A stretch of 64,000 nucleotides of DNA from Octopus vulgaris (lineage: Eukaryota), in the NCBI GenBank assembly GCA_951406725.2, contig OX597814.1:122140001-122204000 (forward strand), read 5' to 3'. A model generated the notes under the pieces. That model worked only from the letters and a program-made list of their open reading frames with translations, was not told the DNA's origin and did no database searches. The position numbers and the translations under genes are program-made. Shown in pieces: positions 1 to 11,689 of the stretch (position 1 is its first letter; the number at the start of each line of letters is the position of its first letter).

Positions 1-2
1 TA

Positions 3-290
3 TTGAAAGATGGGTTTGTGGCAAGCAACTTTAAATTTCGCATATTCTATCCTCAGATTCTGGTATGAATATTTACACACACACACACATACAATTGGGA
101 TCCAATGTCCTTCGTTGGTACTCCCCCAAATGTCGATGATACTCTGAATCTTTTTCCTTCTGAAGAGTGATGCGATATACTGCTTGCTTGTGCTGCCAAC
201 GTACAATGTCTATTTTGATATATAATCACAGATATATATTTCGTAATCATCCACGTATACGGTACAGATATATAAACACGGCACATTTAC
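3..290 (+). pseudogene. Possible relic exon: end of a Caspr-type FBG domain, possibly running into a laminin-G-like start
   Basis: LKDGFVAS..FYPQILV*, then HTIG/PMSF across a frameshift (cf. D.GFL..LP..QV..., L.VGPL.C), then DIYFVIIHVYGTD. Heavily degraded. Confidence 0.3.
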
Positions 291-675
291 AAGCGTCTAC
301 TTTAAGTCAAAAAGAAAGATGATGAACGACCGTAAACTATATTCGAAGCGTACTGGATTCTCTTCAGAGCTGTCTACATCTATTTGACTAATGTCAGAGA
401 AACGAGCAGCTATTCTCCTTATATTCTCAACACATTCAGTAACAATAGAAAATTGGAGCTACTAATTTGCATATCATACGCGTTAACAATTTATTGAATA
501 TGATATGTGCGTATGCATGCACGTACAGACGTACTTAAGTTCATGTATGTGCATTTATATATATACGTATACGCAAGTATACATTTATACAAAATGTGTA
601 TATATACACATGTATGTATATATTTATATATATAATGATATATATATAATTAATCAAAAGAATTTTAAAAAAACG

Positions 676-853
676 ATGGGGAAACACAGCAAAAAATGAA
701 CAAGCGAGGACGTGGTAATGCAATGTATTAAAAGATGGTCAGGGGAGGAAAGAAGCAAAGGTGTTCTTCAGAAACAGGGGACAGATGAAAGTCCAAGAGA
801 AAAGCAAGTGGGAGGAAAAAAATCGCCAACAATCCTCATGTAGTTACATTTTG

Positions 854-855
<2 letters not shown>
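676..855 (-). repeat. Diverged inverted copy of the 937-1155 Penelope-type terminal fragment, hammerhead core deleted
   Basis: Reverse complement reads TTCAAAATGT..GTTGGCGATTTTTTTCCTCC..TGTTTCTGAAGA..CCACGTCCTC, collinear with 939-1110. Confidence 0.65.
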
Positions 856-912
<57 letters not shown>

Positions 913-936
913 GGAATAATGAAGTATATATATATG

Positions 937-1150
937 ATTCAAAATGTGACCGCGTTTGTACCGTTGGCGATTTTTTTTCCTCCGTCTTCCGTTCTCTGGA
1001 TCTTTCCTTTTCCTATGTTTCTGACGAAGTGCTCCGCTCGAAACGTAAGGCCCTCCTTCTTCCCTTCCTTCCTGAGCGTCCAATAATACTATATTTGTTC
1101 CACGTCCTCACGTTGTTGTGTTTTCTCTTTGTGTTTTCATGTTTGGATTC

Positions 1151-1155
<5 letters not shown>
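937..1155 (+). mobile_element. Penelope-like element terminal (pLTR) fragment in (TA)n
   Basis: Flanked by (TA)n on both sides; pyrimidine-rich; carries a minimal hammerhead motif. Confidence 0.55.
1017..1051 (+). ncRNA. Minimal type I hammerhead ribozyme-like motif
   Basis: GTTT-CTGACGA-A-GTGC-TCC-GCTC-GAAA-CG-TA-AGGC: core intact, stem II has one mismatch, palindromic ACGT stem III, wobble-paired stem I. Confidence 0.55.
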
Positions 1156-1198
<43 letters not shown>

Positions 1199-1235
1199 CA
1201 CAAATATAAACGAATATATAAGGACCAACATATAT

Positions 1236-1301
<66 letters not shown>

Positions 1302-1377
1302 GTATAGACAGGCAGACAGACAAACAGACAAACAAACAGGCAGACAGACAGACAGACAGACGGACAGACACACGGAC

Positions 1378-1442
<65 letters not shown>
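1236..1442. repeat. (GATA)n/(GACA)n compound microsatellite
   Basis: Seen directly. Confidence 0.95.
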
Positions 1443-1770
1443 CAAATTCCGTGGTACCTGCTTAGAGCTAGAGCGCAAGCTAGACGGAGATTCATTGATA
1501 CAGAGGAACATAGTGACACAGCTAGGGATAGAGAGCTTTACGTTACTAGATGTCCTTAAGTCTAGTAAAGATAGGCTACCATTGTCAATTATTTCTGAGA
1601 GTGCCAAGAAAAAAACAGAATATAAATATATTCAAACGAAAGGAAAGAAAAAAATTGCCATTCCATTAGATCAACAACAACCAAAAGATGTATATATATT
1701 TCAGTTATAGCACACATCGGTATGTATGTTACAGCTGAAATAGTGACTAGACAATAATAGTAAATTATAG

Positions 1771-1982
1771 TTTATTATATGCGAGACAATGCTGGCAGAT
1801 AATAGCGTCTCCTACATTACACTACTGCAACAGTCTTATATGTATTGTAATTTATCTGGAATGGAATATCACTGTTCTTGTTCACCATGAAATGGTATGA
1901 CGGCTTTCAGAATCCATTGACTTGGTATTTACACCAGTGAGTCTTTCGTATCCTTCTTTCTTCGCTTATGCCCAAGCACTCT
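1771..1982 (+). pseudogene. Relic exon: N-terminal half of a Caspr-type FBG domain
   Basis: Across three frameshifts: YARQCWQII / YYITTATVLYV / YCNLSG / EWNITVLVHHE..VSLSYPSF (cf. SC..Y, Y.I, VYCNM, WT.V.HD). TAG acceptor at 1768-1770, GTGAGT donor at 1983. Confidence 0.55.
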
Positions 1983-2062
1983 GTGAGTAGGAATACATGC
2001 ATAAATAGATACATACACACACATATATATATACATATACATACACACACACGCACACACTC

Positions 2063-2118
<56 letters not shown>

Positions 2119-2140
2119 ACGCTCTATCTATATATCTATC

Positions 2141-2193
<53 letters not shown>

Positions 2194-2280
2194 CGACAGA
2201 TAGATAGATATTTATATTTTAATCTTTTACTTGTTTCAGTCATTTGACTGCGCTATGCTGGAGCACCGTCTTAAAAAATA

Positions 2281-2350
<70 letters not shown>

Positions 2351-2508
2351 CAGAGAGTGAAAAAAAGAAACTAGCACTCGGTATATTTGGTTGAACTTGT
2401 ATTTATCACCAGTTTTACTCAGCTAAGTAGTGTGGAACTAAGTGAAATTCTTATTATACATACATACATACATACATACCCATATATGTATGTATATGTG
2501 TATGCGTG

Positions 2509-2559
<51 letters not shown>

Positions 2560-2845
2560 TTGTATGTGAGATTGTGCATGTGGTTATGGAATCATATGTG
2601 GTTATTTCTCATATAGAAGAATGCATATCTGGATTGAAGTGTTTCGATTGATCGATGATTTGGTGTTGAACTACATTCAACATCTTGAGTAAGATTTTCT
2701 TCTTAATTGATAGAATTGAAAGCATGATGGCAATTCTTCTCATCGATACGAGAGATAGCCTTCAGAGAAAATAAATATCTGCCTGCGACGCAACTGCTCT
2801 TTGGAAATTTGTAAAGTAGGATGTCTCTGCCGGTGCGACCCCCGA
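2560..2845 (+). pseudogene. Relic exon: middle of a Caspr-type FBG domain
   Basis: VISHIEECISGLKC, then N*KHDGNSSHRY..INICLRRNCSLEICKVGCLCRCDP (cf. WW...H.YW, CACG.ERNC.....CNCD). Confidence 0.55.
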
Positions 2846-3218
2846 TTTTTTTTTTTTTTTTTTTCTTTTCATTTCACTTTTTCAATTGCTTCACTTCGTA
2901 AACAGGAAATGGGAACTGAAATGCTGAGACCATATAAGATGTACCAAAAACATTGGTATGGCTTCGAACTAATCCGAACTTCACAAGCTTCTATATATTT
3001 TTTTTAGCAAACTTTATATAGTTTCTCTCTATAGTCACAGACATGTCTGCATGGTTAAGAAATGGTTTCAGGTTCGGTTACACTGCATGCCGTTTTGCGT
3101 AAATGGTTTATGCTTCAGATAAAACAATTCTTATATGTGAAATTGATAGACAAAAACAGTGCGCAGAAGACGGTCGTATATACACTCACTCACTAACGCA
3201 CGCACACACACACACACG

Positions 3219-3290
<72 letters not shown>

Positions 3291-3330
3291 CATATACACA
3301 TACATATACAGTATATACACATACGCATAC

Positions 3331-3543
3331 TCTTTTACTTGCTTCAGTCATTTGACTGTGGCTATGCTGGGGCACTGCCTTTAGTCGAGCAAGTCGACCC
3401 CAAGACTTATTCTTTGTCAGCCTAGTACTTATTGTATCGTGTTCTTTTGCCGAACCGCTGGGTTACGCGGACGTATACACACCAGCATCGGTTGTCAAGC
3501 GTTGTTGGGAGACAAACACAGTCACACAAACATATACACTCAC

Positions 3544-3627
<84 letters not shown>

Positions 3628-3789
3628 GACGGGCTTCTTTCAGTTTCCGTCTACCAAATCCACTCACAAGTCCTTAGTCGGCCCGAAGCTATAATAGAAG
3701 ACACATGCCCAAAGCGCCACGCAGTGGGACTGAACCCGGAACCATGTAGTTGGTAAGCAAGCTACTTACCACACAGCCACTCCTACGCC
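3331..3789 (-). mobile_element. SINE family A (tRNA-like head, internal (TA)n, (GTAAAAGA)n tail)
   Basis: Head GGCGTAGGAGTGGCTGTGTGG..GGTTCAGTCCC; tail CCAGCATAGCCACAGTCAAATGACTGAAGCAAGTAAAAGA; more than ten copies in the window. Confidence 0.9.
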
Positions 3790-3826
3790 TATGCACATTG
3801 GGTTATTTGCGGGGTGGGGATTTATA

Positions 3827-4520
3827 TATACATATAGCGGCGTAAGTACAACTTTTGCTCAGCTTGTAAGTATGTATCTAAATTCTGTACGACTTTTTTC
3901 TTTCCTCTTTTATCTTTCTCAGATTTCTTGGCATCCTCTTTCTTTAATGTCTCTACTTTCCACTGTTATCACATCTATAGACTTCTGTCGGTTCCTTCGT
4001 CACTCTCTCTCTCTCATGTTACTCCCCTAATTCTTCAATCCCTCTGCCTACAACCTCTCTCTTTTCCTCCCACGTGATCGGTATTTGGCCGAGCTTGATC
4101 TTTCTTTCTTAGCTTGATCGCCGCCCTCACAACGCCTTTCATATGTTTCTGTGCCTTAAGGCTTCCAATTTACACGCCAGCTGCATTTAACTTGTTCTTA
4201 TTAGTCGAAAGAAATTTATTGTTGTTTTTGGTGTTTGTATCTGTAGTCGTTTGACATTTTCTCCGTTTTCTTGTTTTTATTTTCTTTTATATGTGTCGTC
4301 GCACATATTCGCTTACTTCCTTCTCAAAATGTGATGCCCTTAGCTTAGATTTTGGGGCGTACCAAATCTGAACAGTTTCAAGTGTAACAGGCCGAAACTG
4401 TAATGATGAATGGAAGCTTGACTGATGAAAGAAAGCCACGAATGTTCCGTCTTTGGTTTTCCTGTTCGTATTTGTCCGTATGTTTTTATTGTCGAACGTT
4501 ACGTTCTTATTCGTTTTTAT
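3827..4520 (+). repeat. Unclassified pyrimidine-rich repeat, copy 1
   Basis: Collinear with 4940-5480 (TACATATAGC..CAGCTTGTAAGT..CCACGTGATCGGT..GTGCCTTAAGGCTTCCA..TTATTAGTCGAAAGA). Confidence 0.75.
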
Positions 4521-4521
4521 T

Positions 4522-4672
4522 TGGCGGTGTGGTAAGTACCTTGTTTACCAACCACATGGTTCAGGTTCATCCCACTGCGTGGCACCTTGGGCAAGTGTCT
4601 TCTACTATAGCCTCGGGCCGACCAATGCCTTGTGAGTGGATTTGGTAGACGGAAACTGAAAGAAGCCCGTCG

Positions 4673-4706
<34 letters not shown>

Positions 4707-4938
4707 CGTGTGTGTGTTTGTGTGTCTGTGTTTGTCCCCCTAGCATTGCTTGACAACCGATGCTGGTATGTTTATGTCCCCGTTACTTAGCGGATCGGCA
4801 AAACAGACCGATAGAATAAGTACTGGGCTTACAAAAGAATAAGTCCCGGGTTCGAGTTGCTCGATTAAAGGCGGTGCTCCAGCATGGCCGCAGTCAAATG
4901 ACTGAAACACGTAAAAGAAAGTAAAAGAGTAAAGAGTA
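4522..4938 (+). mobile_element. SINE family A
   Basis: Near full-length match to the other copies. Confidence 0.9.
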
Positions 4939-4939
4939 A

Positions 4940-5480
4940 TACATATAGCAGCGTACGTACACCTTTTCTTCAGCTTGTAAGTCTGTATCTGAATTCTGTG
5001 CGATTTACTTCTTTCTTTCCTCTTTTCTTTTTGTCACTGACCTTCTCTCACATTTCATTGCATTCTCTTTATTAATTTCTCTACTTTGCTCTGTTATCTC
5101 TCCTATACACTTCTCTCTGTCCTTTCCTCACTCTCTCCTCTCCCCCTCTCTCTCTCTCTAGTTACTTCTCTAATTCTTCAATCCTTCTGTTTCCTACCTC
5201 TCTCTCTTACTGCCACGTGATCGGTTTTCGGCCAAACATGATCTTTCTTAGCTTGGCTTGGCCGCCACGCGCACAACACTTTATTTTCCTGTCTCCTGAC
5301 TTTCATCTATGTTTGTGCCTTAAGGCTTCCACTTTACACACCAGGTCAATTTGATGTGTCCTTATTAGTCGAAAGACGCCTGTTGTTGTTCTTGATGTTT
5401 GTATATATAATCATGCAATATTTTTTCCGTTTTCTCGTCTGTGATGTCTCTGTTGTCCGTTACATTCTTATTCCTCCTTT
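4940..5480 (+). repeat. Unclassified pyrimidine-rich repeat, copy 2
   Basis: Collinear with 3827-4300. Confidence 0.75.
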
Positions 5481-5540
<60 letters not shown>

Positions 5541-5695
5541 TGTATGCATGTATATATGTGTGTATGTATATGTTTATGTATATGTATGTATACACATATA
5601 CATATATATTATACGCTAACTACTGATAATTTCTTATAAAGATTTTATCCTTAATTTTAAATATATATATATACGTGTATATATATACCTTTACA

Positions 5696-5757
<62 letters not shown>

Positions 5758-6004
5758 TTAACTTGTTTCAGTCTAAAGACTAAAACAAGGGAAAAGACCA
5801 TGCTGGGGTACCGCTCTCAAGAGTTTATAGTCGTATGAACCATCTCAAAACGTATTTTTCTCTAAAGCTTGGTATTTATCTTATGGGTTTCTTTCGCCGA
5901 ACTGCTAAGTTACGAGGACGTAGACACACCAACGCCTGTTGTGAGAGGAGGGAGCACCCACATACTCAAAGATACACACGCATATATGTATATATATATA
6001 TATA

Positions 6005-6062
<58 letters not shown>

Positions 6063-6084
6063 CATATATATATATATATGTATG

Positions 6085-6134
<50 letters not shown>

Positions 6135-6673
6135 TTACAAAACAATATATATATACAGTATATGTATACATGTACAAACATGTTATATAGTATAAGTATA
6201 TATATAGATGTATGTAATATGCAAGTATATAGTGTATATATGGTTGGACACTGATAAGATGTAAGACAAGATTGTATAATGTCTCTAGTTATTACGTAAT
6301 TATTTCATCATTTTGCTGGAACGTGTTTATGTCCTATAAATCTTTGTATAACCTGTGTTCTTCTTCTTATTATTATTCTTTTCGTTCACTCTCTCCATAT
6401 ATATGTGTGTATGCTGGTGTATGTGTACGCATATTTATAGCTCTATGATTGCTTTCATGTCGAATTTGCTCTTAAAACTTTACTTCTTTTATAGCTTATA
6501 ACCTAACGAAACATATTTCCACATTGAAGCTCATACGACGAACGAATCCCAACAAGGTAGTTTCGCTGCAAGACTGCAGTCCGATGACTGAGATCCATAG
6601 AATATAAGTATAAAGATAGATAGGAAAATATATAGATAGATAGGAAAATATATAGATAGATAGATAGATAGTC

Positions 6674-6781
<108 letters not shown>

Positions 6782-6790
6782 GGATAGATG

Positions 6791-6852
<62 letters not shown>

Positions 6853-6863
6853 AAGAAAGAAAC

Positions 6864-6949
<86 letters not shown>

Positions 6950-6979
6950 GGATAGATGGATAGATAGACAGAAAGATAA

Positions 6980-7739
6980 GTTTCTTTATTGGCCACACAG
7001 GGCTGCACACAGATGGGACAAGTTACAAGGTAGAGCTTTTCTTTTGGGAGAGAAAAAAAAAAGGTGGCGTAGGTTTTGGATCAAAAGGGATCGTAAAAGG
7101 GAAAAAAGAACAAAAAAAAAGAAAAAAAGAAAAAAGGAAAAGAAAAAAAAGAAAAAAAAGAAAAGAAAAATGAAAAAAAAAGAAAAAAGGGGAAAAAAGG
7201 GGGAGAGGAAAAAGAATGATCAATAGGGATCGTGTATCACAGTGTCATGATGTATGGTGTAAAGAGGAAAGCAAGTAAGGTTTATCCGTGGGAAGAAAAT
7301 CCTACGAAAAAGACCACGGTAAACTTGGTCAATATTGTTATATTTTACCACATTTTTTTGCAAGTAGGTAACCCTCTGTTTTCAATTTCTGGGTTCATAG
7401 GATTATGCTCAAGGTGGCTTCGTCATTCATACGTGCCATCCTTGCTACATTCACCCATCTTTTTTTAAAACGTTCGCTAGACAAAACTTGCCTCTCTACT
7501 CTCACTTTCCTTTTCAAGTGGTACTTGAAGAAGTTGATGAGAGGTTGACCAGAGAGGAAAGTTTTTGCCTCCAATCCTTTCAGACGCGTCCACCAGATAC
7601 ATTCTTTCGCCATAGCCACAAGGATGATGAAAATAGCTCTTCCTTCCCGTTTGAAGGAAGGAGACGTGACAATATTGATGATAGACTCAGCTGATAAACC
7701 GACTCGTCCCACACGTGACAGCAGTTGTTCGACATATAC

Positions 7740-7740
<1 letters not shown>
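6980..7740 (-). mobile_element. 5'-truncated Tx1/L1-clade non-LTR retrotransposon inserted in (GATA)n
   Basis: ORF 7395-7712 has an L1/Tx1-like ORF2 C-terminus ([18 protein letters not shown]); 3'UTR ends AATAAAGAAAC; (GATA)n on both flanks. Confidence 0.75.
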
Positions 7741-7825
<85 letters not shown>

Positions 7826-7833
7826 TAGATGGC

Positions 7834-7910
<77 letters not shown>

Positions 7911-8279
7911 CGGCAGGCAGACCTTCAGAGATTGACTGCCAGACGTATTGAACGGTAAACAGAAAATGGATACACACACAGAGAGACATACAGACAGGAA
8001 CACAGACAAATAGACAACCAGACAAGCAGTCCGTCACACAGTCAGGCAGTCAGACAGTTAGAACCGACAGGCAGAGAGAGAGAGAGAGATAGAGATAAGA
8101 TGGAAAGAGAATATTAATATATAATAGATGATGATATTAAGAGAAAAGAATAAGTGAGGCAGAAGAGAAAGAAAGAGAAAAAGAAAAGAGAGTGACAGAA
8201 AGAGAGAAAGAAAAAAGGAGAAAGAGAAAGAGATAGAGACAGAGACAAAGATTGAGAGAAAAAGAGAAAGTGTGAAAGT

Positions 8280-8600
8280 GACGTTGAGAACAAATTCAAC
8301 AGAAAAGACCAAACGTCTCTGCCAACAACAAAAGCCATAACATACACCAGTAGGATTTTGTGTTACATTTAACTGGAAAGTTAAGCAGGATATAAAATGT
8401 TATTGGGAAAATAGTGAAAAATACATGCCTAGATATTGAGGTATTAGCTTTTGTTTCGTGGAACTCCGGTTTAGGTCAAAGGAGTATATATATGTTATAC
8501 ACGGTATGTAGATCGATTCTAACAAGCAATACAACGCCATATAGCAAATTCATATCTATTTCTAAGATGATTATATAGCGGGTGATTCTGGTGATATATG
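8280..8600 (+). pseudogene. Relic exon: FBG C-terminus joined directly to the start of the next FBG
   Basis: RKDQTSLPTTKAITY / QDIKCYWENSE / NTCLDIE / GM*IDSNKQYNAI*QIHIYF (cf. KDHLPV, PL.C, SC, Y.ID.D, VYC). Confidence 0.5.
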
Positions 8601-8665
8601 TCCTTCATCTTTGTTTAATCTTTGTAAACTATAAACTTCTAAATGGTTTTGAACAAAGATTCGCG

Positions 8666-8761
<96 letters not shown>

Positions 8762-8899
8762 ACTCTCTCTCTCTCTCTCTCTCTCTCTTGTATTTCCTTT
8801 GGACATATAAAAAGTGGATGACATAAATAGTCTCAAGAATAGAAAAAGCAATAATAAACACTTTGCAATGACTACAACAGCAACAACAACAACAACAAA

Positions 8900-9660
8900 A
8901 ATAAGGATAATTTATTGCGATACAGGATCTTCCAGAAACTACTAAAAACATGCGCTAAAGCAGAATACAATAAGTAACTGCAGAATATGGCAAGTTTGAA
9001 AAGAAACCATTAATCACATTGTTTCCCAGGTTTATCCAAGAAAGAAAACCTCTACAGGCATGACAAACATGAAGCTTTTATGTGATAAAAAATATGAAAA
9101 GATTTTCAAAAACCGACGTAAAGGAGATGGCATAAACAACCATCAAATAAAAGGTCACTGGAATTGACAAGGTGACTATGCTCTAGGATACGCCAACTCA
9201 CACAGAGATATTCAATGAAAACAGTTGTCAAGGATCCAGAAAGTGTAGCGTTCTATGATGGAAGTATTAGTCCCTATACTCGATTATGTATCGCTAAAAG
9301 AAATAGAGAAATTAATCAGATATAAAAATCTGGAAATTAAGATAACCAGAATTCGGAAATTGAAAAGAAATCACCGCTATAATAACAATTGTTACTATAG
9401 GACTTGATAGAAAAAATGTGTATAAATACATAAATATCTCCATAAATGCAGATATAATATCTCCAGGAATAACAGCCAACAAAATATAGCAATGATAGGT
9501 TCCGCGTATGACGCAGAATACATTGACTAGATAAGAAAACCCCAAAGCATTGATAACTATTTCACGTACCTGGGATACAGAGAGCTGTACTCAGATCTAC
9601 AGTGAAAGTAAGCAACAGACACTAGTACATCGCCAGCGTTAGAAGCCGTGCAAAGGCAGC
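8900..9660 (+). mobile_element. Degraded 3' portion of an R4/Dong-like RLE LINE
   Basis: Remnant Zn-knuckle/RLE coding sequence; 3' end TAGTACATCGCCAGCGTTAGA is shared with 15728-15750; followed by (AAC)n/(AAT)n. Confidence 0.6.
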
Positions 9661-9703
9661 AACAACAGCAACAACAACAACAACAACAATAGTAATAATA
9701 ATG

Positions 9704-9765
<62 letters not shown>

Positions 9766-9769
<4 letters not shown>

Positions 9770-10310
9770 GCCCTGACGCAGTACCAGGCATTGGCTCTCG
9801 TGGCTTCTGATCTTAACTGATTGGAAGTGTTATCATGTACATTGTTTTGTCTTGGTATAAAAGATGGGCTACAACAAATATTCTGCTCAATACCACACAT
9901 TTGCTTGTTAGTTGTTTGACCATAACCAGTTGAGCATGTCCTTTAAAGGCTGACAATAAGTGCTTCTCTGATCACGAGCAGTGGGGGAACATCATGGCCC
10001 TGTGTTGAGAGGGATTCTTTGGGGTTTGAATAATTCCCCTGTGGAAACATAGGTGTTTCGCTCAGCATCCTTAAACAACCCTTATTCAGGGACCTTTTGA
10101 GTGGGATGGGTTACTCGACCAGAAGAAAGAAAATTCTAGCTGGGCCCCACCTGCAATGTCATGCACTGTTTTTCTTGATATGAGATCACCATGTCGCGCA
10201 CATATGGCTGTGATGCATGTGCCTATCAGACGGGTAGTCATGATGGGTATACTGGGATTCCTATATTTTACTCCAGTGTCACTTTGATGGCATGCACTGC
10301 TCTCTCACTC
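9766..10310 (+). mobile_element. ~550 bp non-coding (AAT)n-targeted element, copy 1
   Basis: Begins AAATGCCCTGA, ends CTCTCTCACTC(AAT)n; highly similar to three other copies. Confidence 0.9.
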
Positions 10311-10317
10311 AATAATG

Positions 10318-10974
<657 letters not shown>

Positions 10975-11029
10975 AATAATAATAATAATAATAATAAATA
11001 ATAATAATAATCTTAAGTGTTAAAATGGA

Positions 11030-11175
11030 AAAGATTAACAGGCGTCCACTCAGGGAAATATATACGTTCCTTGAGGAAAGCAATCAACTATCAGAAGAAC
11101 GAAATGGGTGCCGAAAAAGGATCGAAAGGCACGAAGGACCACCTTGTGAGAGACAAGGCTGTAATGAAGAACATT
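11030..11175 (+). mobile_element. Short RT fragment of an R4-like LINE
   Basis: EIYTFLEESNQLSEE.NGCRK / KGTKDHLVRDKAVMKN (cf. EQ.GC...GTKD.L..D). Confidence 0.6.
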
Positions 11176-11689
11176 AGTATATAAATAAATAATTATTTTT
11201 CTATCAGTAATTAAAATAGAACAAGGTGAATTGTTTCTTTTCAAGGCCAAGGTGAGCGCTCTCATTGATCGCCAGTAGTAGTACATACACTTGACCACTG
11301 CTGACCCCAAGGATGTGAGGCCTCTTTTTTTTTCCCCTTGTCGCACAGGAATTTCCATTGCTTATCTCTTCATCTACCAAATCTATTTACAGCCCTGTGG
11401 AAATTAATCTATTCACCAAGTTTTTTCTCTTGCTCCTACTATTTCCTTAAATCCTCACATATTTATGATTATCTCATGTAAAAAAAAGAAAAGTTCAAAC
11501 TAAATACATTTTAACAATAAGTGGAAATAATAATAATGATGGTAATATTAGCAATGATAATGATATGATAATGGTAATAATAATAATTTAGCAAAAATCA
11601 TGTCGGATCAAGGGAAATATTAACAATGACAAAAAGTAATAAGATGAAAATAATAAAAAATAATATCAGTGATGATGATAGTAATAATA

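Noticed and set aside
1930-1995. Minus-strand acceptor followed by VLGHKRRKKDTKDSLV* with a PDZ-like end
   Set aside because: The plus-strand FBG reading explains the segment better, and no linked upstream exon was found.
4385-4440. GAAACTGTA...CTGATGA as a permuted hammerhead (similar case near 57570-57630)
   Set aside because: Stems I and II do not pair, and the second case lacks the UH cleavage site.
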